Assembly: GCA_039545335.1 (NCBI GenBank) | Contig: BCIN01000006.1 | Coordinates: forward strand, 124,001-188,000 | DNA: 64,000 nt | Direction: 5' to 3' | From: Kondoa subrosea | Taxonomy: Eukaryota | Notes under the pieces: generated by a model | Database searches by the model: none | The model's input: the letters and a program-made list of their open reading frames with translations, nothing else | What the model was told of the DNA's origin: nothing | Made by a program: the position numbers and the translations under genes | Shown here: in pieces, positions 12,503 to 25,640 of the stretch | Layout: each line of letters begins with the position of its first letter | Numbering within the stretch: position 1 is the stretch's first letter

Positions 12503-13386
12503 TCATGCCGGTGCAGCAGAAGAACGACGTAGAATGTATAAGTAGTAGGCGAAGTGCTCGCCGAGTTCTGTTACCGTCAAGTCCCAGCCGGGTCTAGACA
12601 GAATCTTTCGCCGGAAATCTATTCAGCATAGAATGTCAGGGCTATTCGTATGGATGAGAGAGGTATTACTAACGAGGTTGAGAGAATGAAAAATAAATGA
12701 ATAGGCCTGAAGGTTTTAATATCCGTATCACTTCATCCACTTCTGCGTTAACGTCTTTTAGCAATTCGGCTGGAGGGTTCCAAGGATCGTGCTTGTCCGT
12801 AAGCATAGCATCCTGCATCAAGATTAGGCCGAAGAGATTCGTTCAGGCGCTGCGACTTACCATTGTCGCTTTATCGATTGCGACATCAAACGAATGATTT
12901 TCGAAAGGTAGCTCGCGTATATCCGCTTCTAGCCATTCTAATTCAGGTCTACTTGCATTGTTGTGCCGCTTCATGTTCTGTATCACTCTATGAGCTGCTC
13001 AGTGGAGGCTTTGCATCTTTCTAGATTGCTCACGCTGAGCTGTAGTCAACTGAAATAATGTTGATGTATCCATCATCGTACACTGATTTTGTCATCAGTA
13101 CTGAGCGCCATGTTGAATGAAGTACGAAACCAACTGTCTTGTGATAAGGTCGAATTTCCGCAACCAAGTTGTAAGATCCGACATTGCTTATCAGGCAAAA
13201 GGGGCACGATTGCTTCTCTTAGGTCAGACCAAGTCTTGCACCAGTCGTATGAACCTTGGTCGTTCGTATAGCGTTCTTCCCTAAGGACAAGAAGGTAAAC
13301 AAGCGCGAGGACGATTAATCTATGGAAGTACCGCACCAATAGCTCTGACTCCCATACTCAGCATTACTTTTCGGTAGGACACTCAT
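12503..13386 (-). CDS. EEF1AKMT4/ECE2-N-like class I SAM methyltransferase
   Basis: Exons read MSVLPKSNAEYGSQSYW, EERY...YDW, ILQLGCGNSTLSQD, FDVAIDKAT, DPWNPP and YFSFSQP. Confidence 0.9.
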
Positions 13387-13473
13387 AATCCAAGAAAAGT
13401 GGAAGAAGAGTGAGTGAACAGGAATAGACAGAGACTAGAAAATCGCAGTATAGCAATTTCAATGGAATAGGAT

Positions 13474-13628
13474 ATGAAGCCTGTCAGATCAGGCAGAGAT
13501 CAACGCAGACACTTGAAAGGCAGCCAATGCAACGGACTAGACAGTTACTAGAGTGTTACTAATACTAGCAGATCACGAGAGCTTGTAAGTGGATGTTCCA
13601 GTTTGACAAATTTCGACCATGCCAATTC
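13474..13628 (+). repeat. Diverged direct copy of the OPI3 promoter/start region (partner 14888-15013)
   Basis: Shared blocks: atcaggcagag(a/g)tcaac, a 23-nt identical tactagcagatcacgagagcttg, ggatgttccag, and atttc(g/a)accATG. Confidence 0.8.
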
Positions 13629-13887
13629 CGTGGACATCTCGTGCGGGAGGCTGCAACAGTGCTGCAACTGCATCAATCAGCACTGGAGATTGAGATTCTC
13701 CTGTATCTCTCTATTGTGGACAAGGAACGACAGGAGTTTTGAAGGAACAACAAGCAATCGGCTGTAATCGCTATTCAGACTATTCTTCTTGGTGACCAAT
13801 TAGTTGTCTGCACACGAACGCATTTGAGCTGCATCTCTTCTGATTTTACACTACAACGCTCAAAAGATATAAGATCCCTCGTTTCGT

Positions 13888-14602
13888 ATGTTTTCTTCAG
13901 CTCCTGTGACGCTCGTTATCCTGCCGAGTGGTGAACTACCCTATGTTCTTTGCTATCGGCAAGGGTTCAAGGAACCATACATCTATTGCTCGGCTGATGA
14001 GCCTGAAAGCGGTGTTATGTGTAAACTGGTGTTGCCTGAGCGGATACCTAGTCCCGAAGTAAGTCTATTGCCTTCGAGTCGAATGCAGGAGCTCATGTAT
14101 CATCCAGATCTTGCCATTCGCTCAGCGTATGCTAGCTGAAAACCGGCTTCAAACAAACGCTACACCGGAAGAAGTCCAGGAAGTTTGGCAAAAGCTATTA
14201 GAGTTTGGAGGCCCCTTGTGGACGCACATTCGCACAGAAACATCTGCATTGACCGGTGGCCAGACTGAATTACCTGATTGGCTTCAACTCGGTCGAGGAC
14301 TGTCAGTTTCCGATTTCAAAGAGTCTGTGTATAGCTAATGATGAAAGTATCATACAGTGAAGACATTGAAGCTAAATTGATTGCCTCAGATGCTCGATCT
14401 AAGCGAGTTGCTGATGTATTTTGCTGCAAGGAGATTGCAAAGTCCTGCTCGCTGGTTATGAGTGAGTCAGCACTTGTGCAAAATCGGTCTAGGTCTAATG
14501 GAAGCGTCTAAAGAAGAAATAGCTTATCTAAAAGGCCGCATTCAAGCTCAGCTACATTCGAACAACCCTATCGTCAACCTGTTCCGCTGGCTCACAGGCT
14601 AG
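13888..14602 (+). CDS. Hypothetical orphan protein (about 4 exons)
   Basis: ORFs 13888-14139 and 14111-14338 can be joined by GT-AG introns; the last exon ends IVNLFRWLTG*. No family recognised. Confidence 0.55.
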
Positions 14603-15004
14603 TAAACTCAATACGCCGCTAAACTCGATTCGCCGTCTTTCTCTTCTATGATAACGAGCTAAACAGCATCCAGTCCTGGGCGTCTACAACATATGATTCT
14701 GTGATTTCTCCTTGTACCTTGCCGGAATTCATCTCAAGCGGTATCATGGAGATGGACAATATCGATTGCGAGTGATGAGGACTCGGTTTGGCATGCGTAT
14801 CGTCACAGTAACAGCACTGTTGTACTCTTTAAATGTATTTGTGTATACTGTACTTCTTCAGCTTGACTTTGAGTGATTCCCGTTTGGCTGAGGCTGTGAA
14901 ATCAGGCAGAGGTCAACATTATTCAGTCTGCGAAGCAGATAGTAGGTACTAGCAGATCACGAGAGCTTGAGAATGCGGATGTTCCAGGTCAACAGATTTC
15001 AACC

Positions 15005-16048
15005 ATGGCATTCAGCAAGTTTTGAGCTTACCTGGTCTAGAACATAGCTGACCAAGCTCTGGGATAGACGACTATGTGGATTTCAGTCAAGGCAGTTTCT
15101 GGTTCTCTGCCTTTTGTATCTGTTTCAATGTGAGTTCCGCAATGATGTACACCTATGTTCGCAACTGAGCTGGTCTGTAGCCGCTATATTGGAATATCAT
15201 TTCCATAAGAGGTAGCTCTAACCATCCAGCGTCTGGTCTAGCTAAAGCTTGGCATAGAAACGCACAAACATACTCTCGAGCGAGCTTTCGGGGGACCATA
15301 TGCTGGTACATATGCTCTTGCAATCAGCATTTTCTTGCTAGGACTCTTCCGGGACAGGTTAGTCTTGTATCTGGTCTGTTGAATGCGCGTTGATTATGTG
15401 ACAGAGTATACAATCTCGCTTTACAAGACCAGCCGTAAGTGAAAACGCGACACCCTAGTCTAAGCAGCTGATAATCTAGCGTGTGACAGTACTCTACCTG
15501 TGCTTGATTACGGGGAATTCAGATTGATCGCTATGATCCTCTTCGCATGCGGAAGTATTTTGGTAGCAAGTTCGACGTGGGCATTGGGGATAACAGGAAC
15601 TTTCCTTGGAGATCGCTTCGGTATACTGATGGATGTACGTACTAGCTATGCGCTAAGTCGTTCACCTCGACTGATAGCATGTCCATTTTCGCACAGTCTA
15701 AGGTCCAATCTTTCCCTTTCAACCTCACAAACAATCCTATGTATCATGGATCTTGTATGTGCTTCATCGGTACAGCTCTATGGTATGTTAGGCATCTCTT
15801 ATTGGCTGAAGCTTGCCTAAATTTGATATTTGAAGGCATGCTTCACCTGCTGGACTACTTCTCAGCGGTCTAGTATTCGTGGTCTATCAGATTGCACTGC
15901 AATACGAAGAGTGGGTCGCTCTTCAGCACTTAAATGTAGCTCTCAATCTCATATCGCCGATTATTCAGGCCATTCACGAATGAAATCTACGCCGCGAGGG
16001 AAAGGAAAGAGAACAGAGAAGTACCGAAGATGCTACAGGGAATGTTAG
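15005..16048 (+). CDS. OPI3: Phospholipid N-methyltransferase (PEMT family)
   Basis: Exons read CICFNPLYWNI, ALGITGTFLGDRFGILMD, FPFNLTNNPMYHGS and EEPFTNEIY. The first intron probably has a GC donor. Confidence 0.93.
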
Positions 16049-16137
16049 CAAATAGAAGAGATCAATAGAATAGATGTGATGAAGGCAATATGCTTATGGA
16101 GAATTACAAGTGCGTGAAAATTGAAATGTAGAGTCGT

Positions 16138-18066
16138 TTAGGCTGGACTGTACACTCGAACTTTGCGGTCGTCAGAGATATCCAAGGTGATGCAGAAGCA
16201 ACTCACCGTAATTGATCCCCCAGACAGCATCGTTGAAGTTGCTGCCTTTTGCTACAGTGTCCGAACATGATCCAGCTTTGGATGTACTTAGACTTTGAAT
16301 GTTCAAAGAGGTGGAAAGGACTCACGACATGGAGCGAAAGCGTTGCCTGCCCAATCGCCACAAAGAGCTGCGATGGATGTATCAGTAGTCATTCAGACAG
16401 AAGAGAAAGAAGCATACTCGTATTGATGATAATAGTCTGATCGCCAAAGAACTTGTTGATATCACAAGTAGCAGAAGCGAATAAAGCAGTTGGTTTTCCC
16501 CAAGCAGAAGGATTCGGTGCTTGAGATGTAAGATCTGCTGGAATTGCATTGCGAGAGAAGAACCATATCGATATCCCATCATCTATTGCCGAATTAGCCT
16601 CGCAGAGACTCTATATAGGCAAGCTCACCGTTCACTAAAGTAGCCCAAACTCCTCCTCCTGCAACATTGAAAGCTTTACCATAGGAATTCGGGTTGGTGT
16701 CAACAACCTAATCATGTCCCGTCAGCGGTTGAAAGCAATACAGTTTCAGACGGACCTGACAACCACTGTTGGAGTTGAGCTTCGCATCGCAGTCTAATAG
16801 ACCTATGGTGCCCTACTCACAGATCAAGCAACGAACCGGCAGAAATCTGCCAATACTGAAACCTACCGAAGCTTGCATCGGCGTGCTCAAAGTGCATCCA
16901 GGCTTGAGAAATAAATTAGCTCATTTTCGAACAGCAGACGAGACGAGACCTACAAGGGTATGTAGAGCGTAATGATTTGTTGCTTGATTATTGACACCTT
17001 CCATGATACTGGCAGCAGCATATAAGTCACATTCCGTTAGTGAATTCGAGGAGTTCACTCGATCTCTCCTCCATTGGGCCAATCAGGACCGTTCTGTTGT
17101 AACACTTAAGCTCATACAGTTATACGATGTAAACGAGCATACTGTCCAGAAGGCTGTGAGCGCAAAAAAGAGATCTCAGCTCAATGAACAAGCTGCAGAT
17201 CGCTAAGATACCGACCTGGCCACGTCGCACAACCAAAAGGAGCTTGTTTGGCTGCTGAAATTATAAGCCTTTGCCTTACTTCTCAAGCCGACGAACAACT
17301 GACCATCCAGAACCAACAACTGCCCATGCTTGAATGTTTGCTTCGAATGAAGCCTGATCGAATTCCTAGGAACACCTGCAGCCAGATCACTAGTAGCATC
17401 CACTTTGATCAGAGCTACTCCATCTTGCATCACAGCTAGACCAAATGATTGAGCTGCTTGTTGAGATTGATAAGCTACTTGCCCGTGTGTCGGATCAGGT
17501 TGATCCCAGAAATCCTGCTTAGAGATTAGTATGAGGCATATAGAAGCAAACTTGGGAAGGAAAAGTACCCATTGATCAAAGAAGGAATCGCCTTCCATTG
17601 AAAAGGCGAGCTTGAAACTGCCCGATGTAGGTGATTTTTTATTCGTCGGAGGTTCTAGTATAGGAGCAGGCGGAGGGCTTGTTTGAGATGTGGCTTGAGG
17701 ATTTGGTTGAGCAGCGGGTTGGTTGACTGGAAGTACTGATGCGACAGGTTTTGGGTCAGTATATCTGGTCGTCTGAGCTGGAGGCGGATTATTGACTGGG
17801 CCCATACCATAGGGATTTACATTGATCGGGGATTGCTGAATAGGCTGTTGAGCAGGTTGAGCGATCACTTGTTGTCTACACTGCTGGAGAGCCGCATTCA
17901 GAATATAATCACGCTTGAAGAGTCTTTTGAGGGGAGCAAAGAAAGGCAGCCAAGAATCACGCTGCCCGGGTAGTATAGGTAGACATTCTGCAAGGATCAA
18001 CCCTGCCAGCAAGATTGATAACCGAATCAGCTGGCGTTTCAGCTTTCGCGTGAGCTTCAAGGCCAT
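16138..18066 (-). CDS. GH16 endo-1,3(4)-beta-glucanase (Lam16A-like) with Pro/Gln-rich linker
   Basis: Exons contain DPTHGQVAY, RNSIRLHSK and PFGCATWP. The catalytic motif WPNGGEID/IMEGVN spans an intron. Later exons read AFNVAGGGVWA and IIINT. Confidence 0.9.
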
Positions 18067-18361
18067 CAAGAAAGAATAGAACAGCTTTAGACGTAAGACA
18101 AATAGAGCAGGACAAGACATGTTGAATCGCAGTGTAATCCCTTGAATCAAAGGGAACTTTGGCAAAGCTTCATATTTGGCCCTGGCAATGACTTGTGGTG
18201 CTTGTTGTAGCATATACCGCCCTATTGGTCAAACGCAAGGTCCAGGACAGAAATAGGTCATAGCAATGCCTCTCTTCGAAACGGCTTCTCTTCTTAGACC
18301 GTCTATGCTCCTGACGGCCCTCTGGTCTAGCCTCCCTGCTGTTGCTTCGTAGTGTATCAAT

Positions 18362-19823
18362 ATGGCTCCAGGTATACTGCATCTGTCGATACTATCTCGT
18401 CGTGTCTCGCTGACCTCATTTGTGTTCCGATAGTCACTCCAACTCAGGAGCAGCCGCAGACACTTTTTGCTGCTCAGTCCGCAACACTCCTAGAAGCATT
18501 GCCTGACTATGCAATCAAACACGCTCCTCTGTTATACTTGGACAAAGGTGAACTCTACTGGCCAACCCGGATGCAAGACTTTGTCAAGAGCTGTCGTCTG
18601 CAGACTGTAACAGATACTGTGCTAGACTTTGATCCTGAGATTTCTGGAACGATAGCTCAACTAGCTGATCCGAGAAGCGATGAAGCGACGTACCTTACTT
18701 CATTGGAAGACCCGCGGAAAGATCCTAGGCATTCTATCTTTACTACTGAACATGGGAAACCAGACTCAACTGGAAGATCGAATGCTCCATCGTGGATCAT
18801 CGCTGTAGACAAGTCTGAACTCATCGGACCTGGCGTTGTCGATATCTTCTACTTCCTCTTTTATGCCTAGTCAGTAGCTCTATCCTCCTCCATGCACTTC
18901 AATTTGCTGAGCAAGTTGAGCAGCAATTGTGGTCCAACAGTGGTGAATGTTCATTTCGGAAACCACATAGGCGATTGGGAGTGCGCATCTTTCTCATGTC
19001 TTCTTCCTGACGTCTCTTATACTGTACTTAGAAATGTCATGATCCGCTTTAAAGATGGCGTGCCGCAAGCGGTCCATACTTCAGCACATTCAGTGGGCGA
19101 TGCTTTTACTTGGGCAGCAGTAGAGAAGAAAGGCGAACGACCTGTCATTTATATCGGAAGAGGATCGCACGCGCATTATCCTATACAAGGGTAAGGCCGA
19201 TCGCTTCAACCACTATGCGGATGCTTATCTTGCGAAAGAGAGCATAATTACACTGGAATACTTTTCGGTCCGAGCGATAATACAAGTAAAGGACTCTTAT
19301 GGGATCCAACGCTCAATTATGTCTCCTCCACTTACGATAATAAGCAACCCGTGGGATCTCAATTCAAACATTTACCTCCCTGTCCTTCTTCTCAAGGGTT
19401 TGAGATTGAATTAGATGGCAACGGAAATGTTGTTCGACAAGCTGGTCTGACGCCGTTAGAGATCACTACTGTTCTAGAATTCAAGGGAAGGTTTGGAAAT
19501 TATTGGTCTGAGTGAGTTTCATTCAGCTTTGGCTTGATTGGCTTAGTTATGCTTATGCGTCGTCCTGTAGACCAAAGGAAGAAGAAAAGACGATCAACCC
19601 GCTCAATTGTTTTAATTTCGGCAAAAAGACAAAAAAGACTTTCAAGGCTTTGCATGTTTGGGATAATTTGGTTTGGGCTATCGGTCCGACGTGAGCTATT
19701 TCCTTGAGCTCATCTTGCTTGAAGCTGAGCAGCAGCTATGATAGAGGACCGCGAGACAAAACACTACATAGGACTGGTATGACTTGTAATTCTCTTGTTG
19801 CAACGAAGACATCAATTCGCTAA
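18362..19823 (+). CDS. VPS62: Vps62-like protein
   Basis: YAIKHAPLLYL...YWP, VDIFYFLFYA, FGNHIGDWE, VMIRFKDGVP, SAHS, RPVIYIGRGSHAHY and GLLWDP. Confidence 0.8.
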
Positions 19824-19909
19824 TGACGACTTGCGTTAATCATTGTATGTATCATCTTTTCTTGTAATTTTATCACGAATCTACATACAATGTTATCTAT
19901 GTACATTAT

Positions 19910-21873
19910 TATTTCAATACGGGTGAGAAGTATGCGCAGCGCTAAGACAGTGCTGATCAAAGAGACTTACATTTCCTGAGCCTACGAAGGTTTCAGTAAC
20001 AAATCACAGCATCATCCAGACTCACATGTCAGTTTGAGTTCGTGCGACACGACTAATTCAACAGGCCATCGCCGACTACCCTGCTTCATTCTTGGGGGAT
20101 TAAACTGTTCAAAGAGTTCCACATGGAGTGTACAGCTTCGTTGGTGACTCGATTGAAAGAGATGATGTAGAACTGCAATGCGAAAGCTCTAGCAGGTATA
20201 GACTGTATGAATGCTCACTTACTACAGGCATATACTGAAAATGTATTTGTCTCATCCAAAGTGAACCACATCTCATGTTTTTCGACACCTTGTGCTTCGT
20301 CAGCGATTGGCAATTTTGGCTTCACTGCGACCGTTACCCCCATTACAATATGACTTCTATCGGTGTCGTAATACAGCTTGACAGATAACCAATATCGATG
20401 CAACGAGTATGCGTGTGGTATCGATGCGACATGGCGTATGGCGATTCGGCGCTTATGCATAGCATCAGATAGCTGGCCTAATTGCTGATTCAGAGCTGAA
20501 ATAACGTGGGCAATGTCTTGCTGAGTTTGAGACAGAAGAAGTAGACCGTCGAAGAAAACCAGGCGACAGGATGACCAGTGAGCTACATAAGGATCAGTCA
20601 TCCGGCTTTCGCATACTAGACTGAGGACTGACTGCGCAGCTCAACCGAGAACTCCGCAAGCGTTCCATTAATCAGTCCGGCGCGACTTGCTTCATGTACC
20701 GCTTTGGCTGGAATGTATGACGGATTGCGCTGTTTTACTGCAGTGACTTCTGCTACCATTGAAAGCTTGATAACCAATCTACAAGACTGAGTGCCGCGCA
20801 AATTTGAGTTGTAGAGGTGATGGATCACTGCTATACTTCAGAGATGAGTCGCTTACTATTTGAGAGCCTGACCTTTATTATACATTTCGAGGGTTTCTCT
20901 TTGTGCCAGAACGAACCAATATCCACCATTCTCTTTGACAGGTCTATTTGAATCAAAACATTTCACAAGGTGCGGTGTTCGTCCACACGACCAGACAGGC
21001 TCGACCTGCTGATCGAAATACAAGGCTCCGTCGATCTTGAAGGTACTGTTTCTAGTCAATTCGTCTGATCTCGTAGTTGAGCTTCCAGTCAACAGATACA
21101 GCTGAGCAGGAGCTGGCCATGTATGCAGAAAGTTTTCGACTTCGCTCTCCGTCGTGTTGCTGTCAATTTTCTGTCCCGCAAGAAGCAACTGATACGTACC
21201 AGAGTCGTGAGACACAGGTCCTTTCATCCGAGAAGATTGGCCAGCGGTTGATGGAGAATCTGCAAGCGTTATCAGTTCTTAGCTTTAAGCGGAACAAAAG
21301 GTTAAAACAAGCTGACTATTGAAAGCCGTATCAAGAGTGCACAAATGCTCCCAGTCTCGCCAACCGGGATGGATATCGTCACGACGGCGAAGCCAGAGGG
21401 AGAATTGAATCCAGACTGTCCGACGAGGAACAGCAGACCGCAAGAACAAGTAGGCTAGCGATGAGAGTGAGCATCGCCCTACAGTAAAAGTGACCAAACT
21501 CGCCCGCGCGCTTTAGCTTTCCTGCAATATCGCTGGAGGGCGCAAAGAAGTACTTCAGAGGAGTTATGTTGATCGACATATGAGGATTCGAGCTCCAAAT
21601 TATGGGAGGCTTAAATGGTTCCATATACGTGATCTTTTGCTCATATTCAATCTTGTCTGGCGAGTTCGCCGGTATAGGCAAAGACTTCGTTTTACCGGCA
21701 TAAACTATGTGTATTGTTCTTCGCCAAAAGTTCGGCCAATCTGGCTGGCCATCCTGAAGGGTTCCAAGTAGCTCATTCATTTGGTTGGCGTCAGTCTGGT
21801 TCTGCGCTTTGAAGCAAAGAATAGGCGTGTCGTCTAGACATAGTTGCCATCCTTCTTCATTTGTACTTGTCAT
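19910..21873 (-). CDS. Hypothetical multi-exon protein
   Basis: A chain of ORFs (21379-21873, 20856-21227, 20616-20828, 20215-20601) is separated by short intron-like gaps. No family recognised; the 3' end is approximate. Confidence 0.6.
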
Positions 21874-22255
21874 GGCTTGGAGATTTACACCTGCTCGAGA
21901 GCAGAGAATCCTCAGATGATTGCGAGTAACTGTTTGAGCAGCTAAGGCTAGATAGAAATGGCGGAAAGGAAGAGATTACGACTTCCTGTCGAGGCATATT
22001 CGACACAAAGGAAATAGGTTCGAGAGGGAGTTTCTCATCTGTAATATTGAGCACGCAAGGTCGTAGCTATAGGGCAGCAGTTGAACGAGACACAGTGCAA
22101 TGGATTTACATTGACGACTGAAATGAAAGGTAAGAGTGAAGTCAGACAAGAGGCCGCAACCTAGCGAAGCAAAGGGTTGAAACTGATTGAAAAGAAGCAC
22201 AGAGAAGACAGCAGGTATGCAGAGGGAACAAAGACCTGTGGCAGTCCGTGCCATG

Positions 22256-24172
22256 CTCACGAATCAGTTTCTTCGAAATCTCGCTTTTCCGCCAACATCG
22301 ATGATACCCAGCTGTACTAGGCATCTAGATCAGCAGATATACGCCATGGCAGGTCATTTCAGCGACTCAGTCACGTAGAAACGCGTCAAAGCATGTCGAC
22401 AAGCTCAAAAAACAAGGTCAAAGCCTCACTTTGGGAACTTCTTCGGCTACAAGTTGGCTGATGCTGCTCCGACAAGCTTCTTGATGTGATGCTCTTGCTC
22501 TTGTTCCACTGCGTCGTGTCAAGAATGGCAGACACTGCACTAGGCAAACGAATCTTTGGTCCTTTCACTGAGCAAGAGACAGATCTGCGCGAGACTCTGC
22601 GGAAGAGACAGCGCTCTCAAAGCTTCAGCAAAAGGTAAAGCTTAGCCTTACATTCAACTGTGCTCTGTGCCGATGTCGCTCTACCTTGCTATTCGCAGTC
22701 ACAAAAGAATTGCTACGGCCAGCTCTGTCTCTTCCACTGCTCAATCCGACTTCTCTTTCTATCGTGGTCATGATCGTACAGGGACTGCTCAATCTGCTGC
22801 TACTTTTTATCCTTGGTTGGACGAGCAAGTTCTGAAAGCTTGTACCTTGTACATCTCGAAACCTATGCTTCAAGATCTAGATGGACCAGCTATTGACAGA
22901 CTAATCACTTCAATCGGTGTCAAGGAAGTTTACATCTTGGAGAAGGGCACTATTCTGTGGATGAACGGGACTGAAGCTTCTCTTGCCAAAGCTCTGGATT
23001 ACCTTTCAGCCTTGTTCCCGATTCTCAACCTTGACAAGATCGATCTCTCTTCACTCAAACAAGTTAAAGGCCGTCGCTCTCCGTCTCCTGAACCTGAGGA
23101 GCATAGCCAAGATGAAGAGCATTCCGAACCAGCTGAAGCAGAAGAGTATGATCAGGAAGTCAAAGAAGATCCAATCTACACGTACACGATGCAAATCAAC
23201 CCTTCCCTCCGCGGCGCAATCATTGGCATTAGCGGTCACAATCTTCGCAAAATGCATAGCGAACACAAACTTCCTTCTTACCCTACTCTTGACCATCGAA
23301 GTACCTTTCATCTGCATGGCACTCGTTCTCAAATTAAGCAAATTTGCGAAGAAGTCAATCAAATGATCTGGAAAACTCCTAACTTTGACCGAGATCTTAC
23401 TTTTGCCTCGGAACGATTGAGAGAAGTTTATCCCGAGGGCTCAGAAGAGAATTGGCGTTGCTTTGAAGTCAGATTAGGCGGAGGAGCGGTGAAAGCTTTC
23501 GATACAAAGTCTATTGCCTCACCTAGCTGGTTAGCTGCGAGATTTCATCTGGTTTGGCTGCGTTTGTATGATCATTGGCGGGCTGGAGGTACTCTGCGAA
23601 TGGAGGTGAGCATCGTTCAAATATTCCGAGTGGTGTCGTGTTGAATGCAGAAACTAGGGCACTTTGGCCGCAGCTGAAAGATTGATTGAATACCTGAACA
23701 AGCATCTGGAAGAGCTCGAAGATGTTGGAGACCTGCGATTGCAAGAGATTACTTCAAATCAGGCTGAATCGTCACCAAGGAGCAGTCAAGAAGGTATGCC
23801 TCTGTTAGACTCTTTGACTATTTGTTCCAAATGCCTGATCTACAGATCCTCGCGCTAAGGCACCTCGTATTCGACAATCATCTTACTCTGAGCAGATGCG
23901 CTACAAGTTTTTCTTACCACATCATTGGTCTCAGTACTTTAGCAACATCCAATTGGGAGCGAACCGCAGTCGTGCCCATCTCCGATACTGCAAGATCATT
24001 CATTCTGCGAAAGATCAACCCATCTTGATGCTCTACGGTCGTGTTGCATCAATTCGACATGCTGTGGAACTGCTCAATGAGGGACTTCCTAAAGTCGTCG
24101 AGGTGAAATTCGATTCAAGTTTACTGGCTGAAGATACGTATGATGCAGCAGATCCGGAGTGTAGCTGGTCAA
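22256..24172 (+). repeat. Right arm of ~1.9 kb inverted repeat
   Basis: Reverse-complement match to 1607-3546. Confidence 0.95.
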
Positions 24173-24192
24173 AACGAACTGTACAAAAGTAG
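22525..24192 (+). CDS. KH-domain protein, copy B
   Basis: Same exon structure and same GAIIGISGHNL motif as copy A. The frame is intact across ORFs 22667-23644, 23664- and 23896-24192. Confidence 0.8.
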
Positions 24193-24397
24193 CAATGAAG
24201 TGAGATCATTGTATGTAACCATGTCTTCGGGCAGGAAGCCTTGAAGCTGCGAGTCAAGTCAAATTCAGATAGCCAGCTATCAGACTACCATGTAGTGGCC
24301 AGACCTAGACAGTGCATATTCACTGTGTTCCAGCATTGCAATGTTTATCGCTCGTTGCACGAAACGACGACGACCCATAACAAAGAGCGTCTGAGTC

Positions 24398-25459
24398 ATG
24401 CAAGCGCTCTACCTCATAGGCCAACGACAGATCAGCGCATTATCGAACGATCTCAGAACATACAGCACACCAGAAGATGACCAGGATTCATTAACGCAAG
24501 AAGCAATAGATCCAGCCGCTTTGAATGGACAGATTGTAGCCTCGTTAGCTGGCTTGCAGAGGACAATAGATGATTATGAGAACATGGCGAGGAATGAGCT
24601 GGTGCAGGAAAAACAGGAAAAGGCCAATGTGTAGGTCATATCGCTTGTTTAAGCTCTCTGAAATTTCTTGCGTTTGCTATACTTCTTACTTCTATCCATT
24701 TTATGGATCATTATCTTGCTGTCTTGCGAGGCGCTGCTCAACACTTAGCTCACAGATGCAGATGCCAAACATGGACTCAACGTGTTATTCCTCTATCATG
24801 CCTTGCCAGCTCTCTCGCCTGGTTACATGTGCTCATTACGATACTCTCTCACAGACGAGTGAAGAAATTCAAGGAAGATTATGCGCGGCTGCGGCAGACG
24901 TTCGAGAAAGCTAAACAGACAAGGAGTACGCAGGTGAGCATCTGAAGTTCCGCTGAGATATCTCCTCTTACTCTTTCACGTGCATTCACAGCAATCAGCG
25001 TCCGACCGATCGAATCTTCTTAACACAGCATCAACTTCCTCTCTATCCCAATCTTCTTCGCGGAATCGTTACGCCCAAAGACCTACTTCTACAATGCCAC
25101 CAGCCGAATCTCCTTTCACACTTCCTTCTCGTCCATCAGCTTCTTCCAAACCAGATCAAAATGGTTTCACATCCAGAACTCACGCAGCATTAGATGAATC
25201 CTCTTTCTTACAATCAACGAATTCTATGTTAGATCAATATATAGCTCAAGGTCAAGCAGTTTTAGGCAATCTGAACACTCAGCGAGATATGCTTAAAGGA
25301 ACTCGAACGAAATTATTGAGCGCTGCAAATACTTTAGGGTTATCCAGATCGACAATTACTTTTATCGAAAGAAGAAGTAAAGGGGATATGGCTGTTCTTC
25401 TAGCTGGAGCAACGGGAACGTTTGTTTGTTTTTATTATATTCTCAAGTGGTTTGGATGA
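24398..25459 (+). CDS. BOS1: ER-Golgi Qb-SNARE Bos1/membrin
   Basis: MQALY...GQIVASLAGLQRTIDDY, the SNARE motif LDQYIAQGQAVLGNLNTQRDMLKGT...ANTLGLSRSTITFIERR, and a C-terminal TM anchor. Confidence 0.93.
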
Positions 25460-25640
25460 TGGAATTTTAGCATGGGTTTGTGAGTATATGTCGGACTCTC
25501 TATAGAATCGTTCTTGTTTTCTTAGCATAAAGTGGCATGGTCGTACAGAAGTAATCTTATATGTGTGTGTGGAAAGAATGCAACGACATTATATACAGCT
25601 AAAGCATTGCACAAACGAAGATTGTCCATAAATTAAGGTC

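Noticed and set aside
3547..22255. Mating-type locus inside the inverted repeat, prompted by the nearby G-alpha and the flip/flop-like layout
   Set aside because: I found no STE3-like receptor, CAAX pheromone precursor, homeodomain or HMG-box ORF by eye. Very small pheromone genes could have been missed.
1607..24172. Repeat arms as terminal inverted repeats of a giant transposon or Starship-like element
   Set aside because: There is no transposase or tyrosine recombinase and no evident target-site duplication. The arms are spliced host-like genes and the interior holds housekeeping genes.
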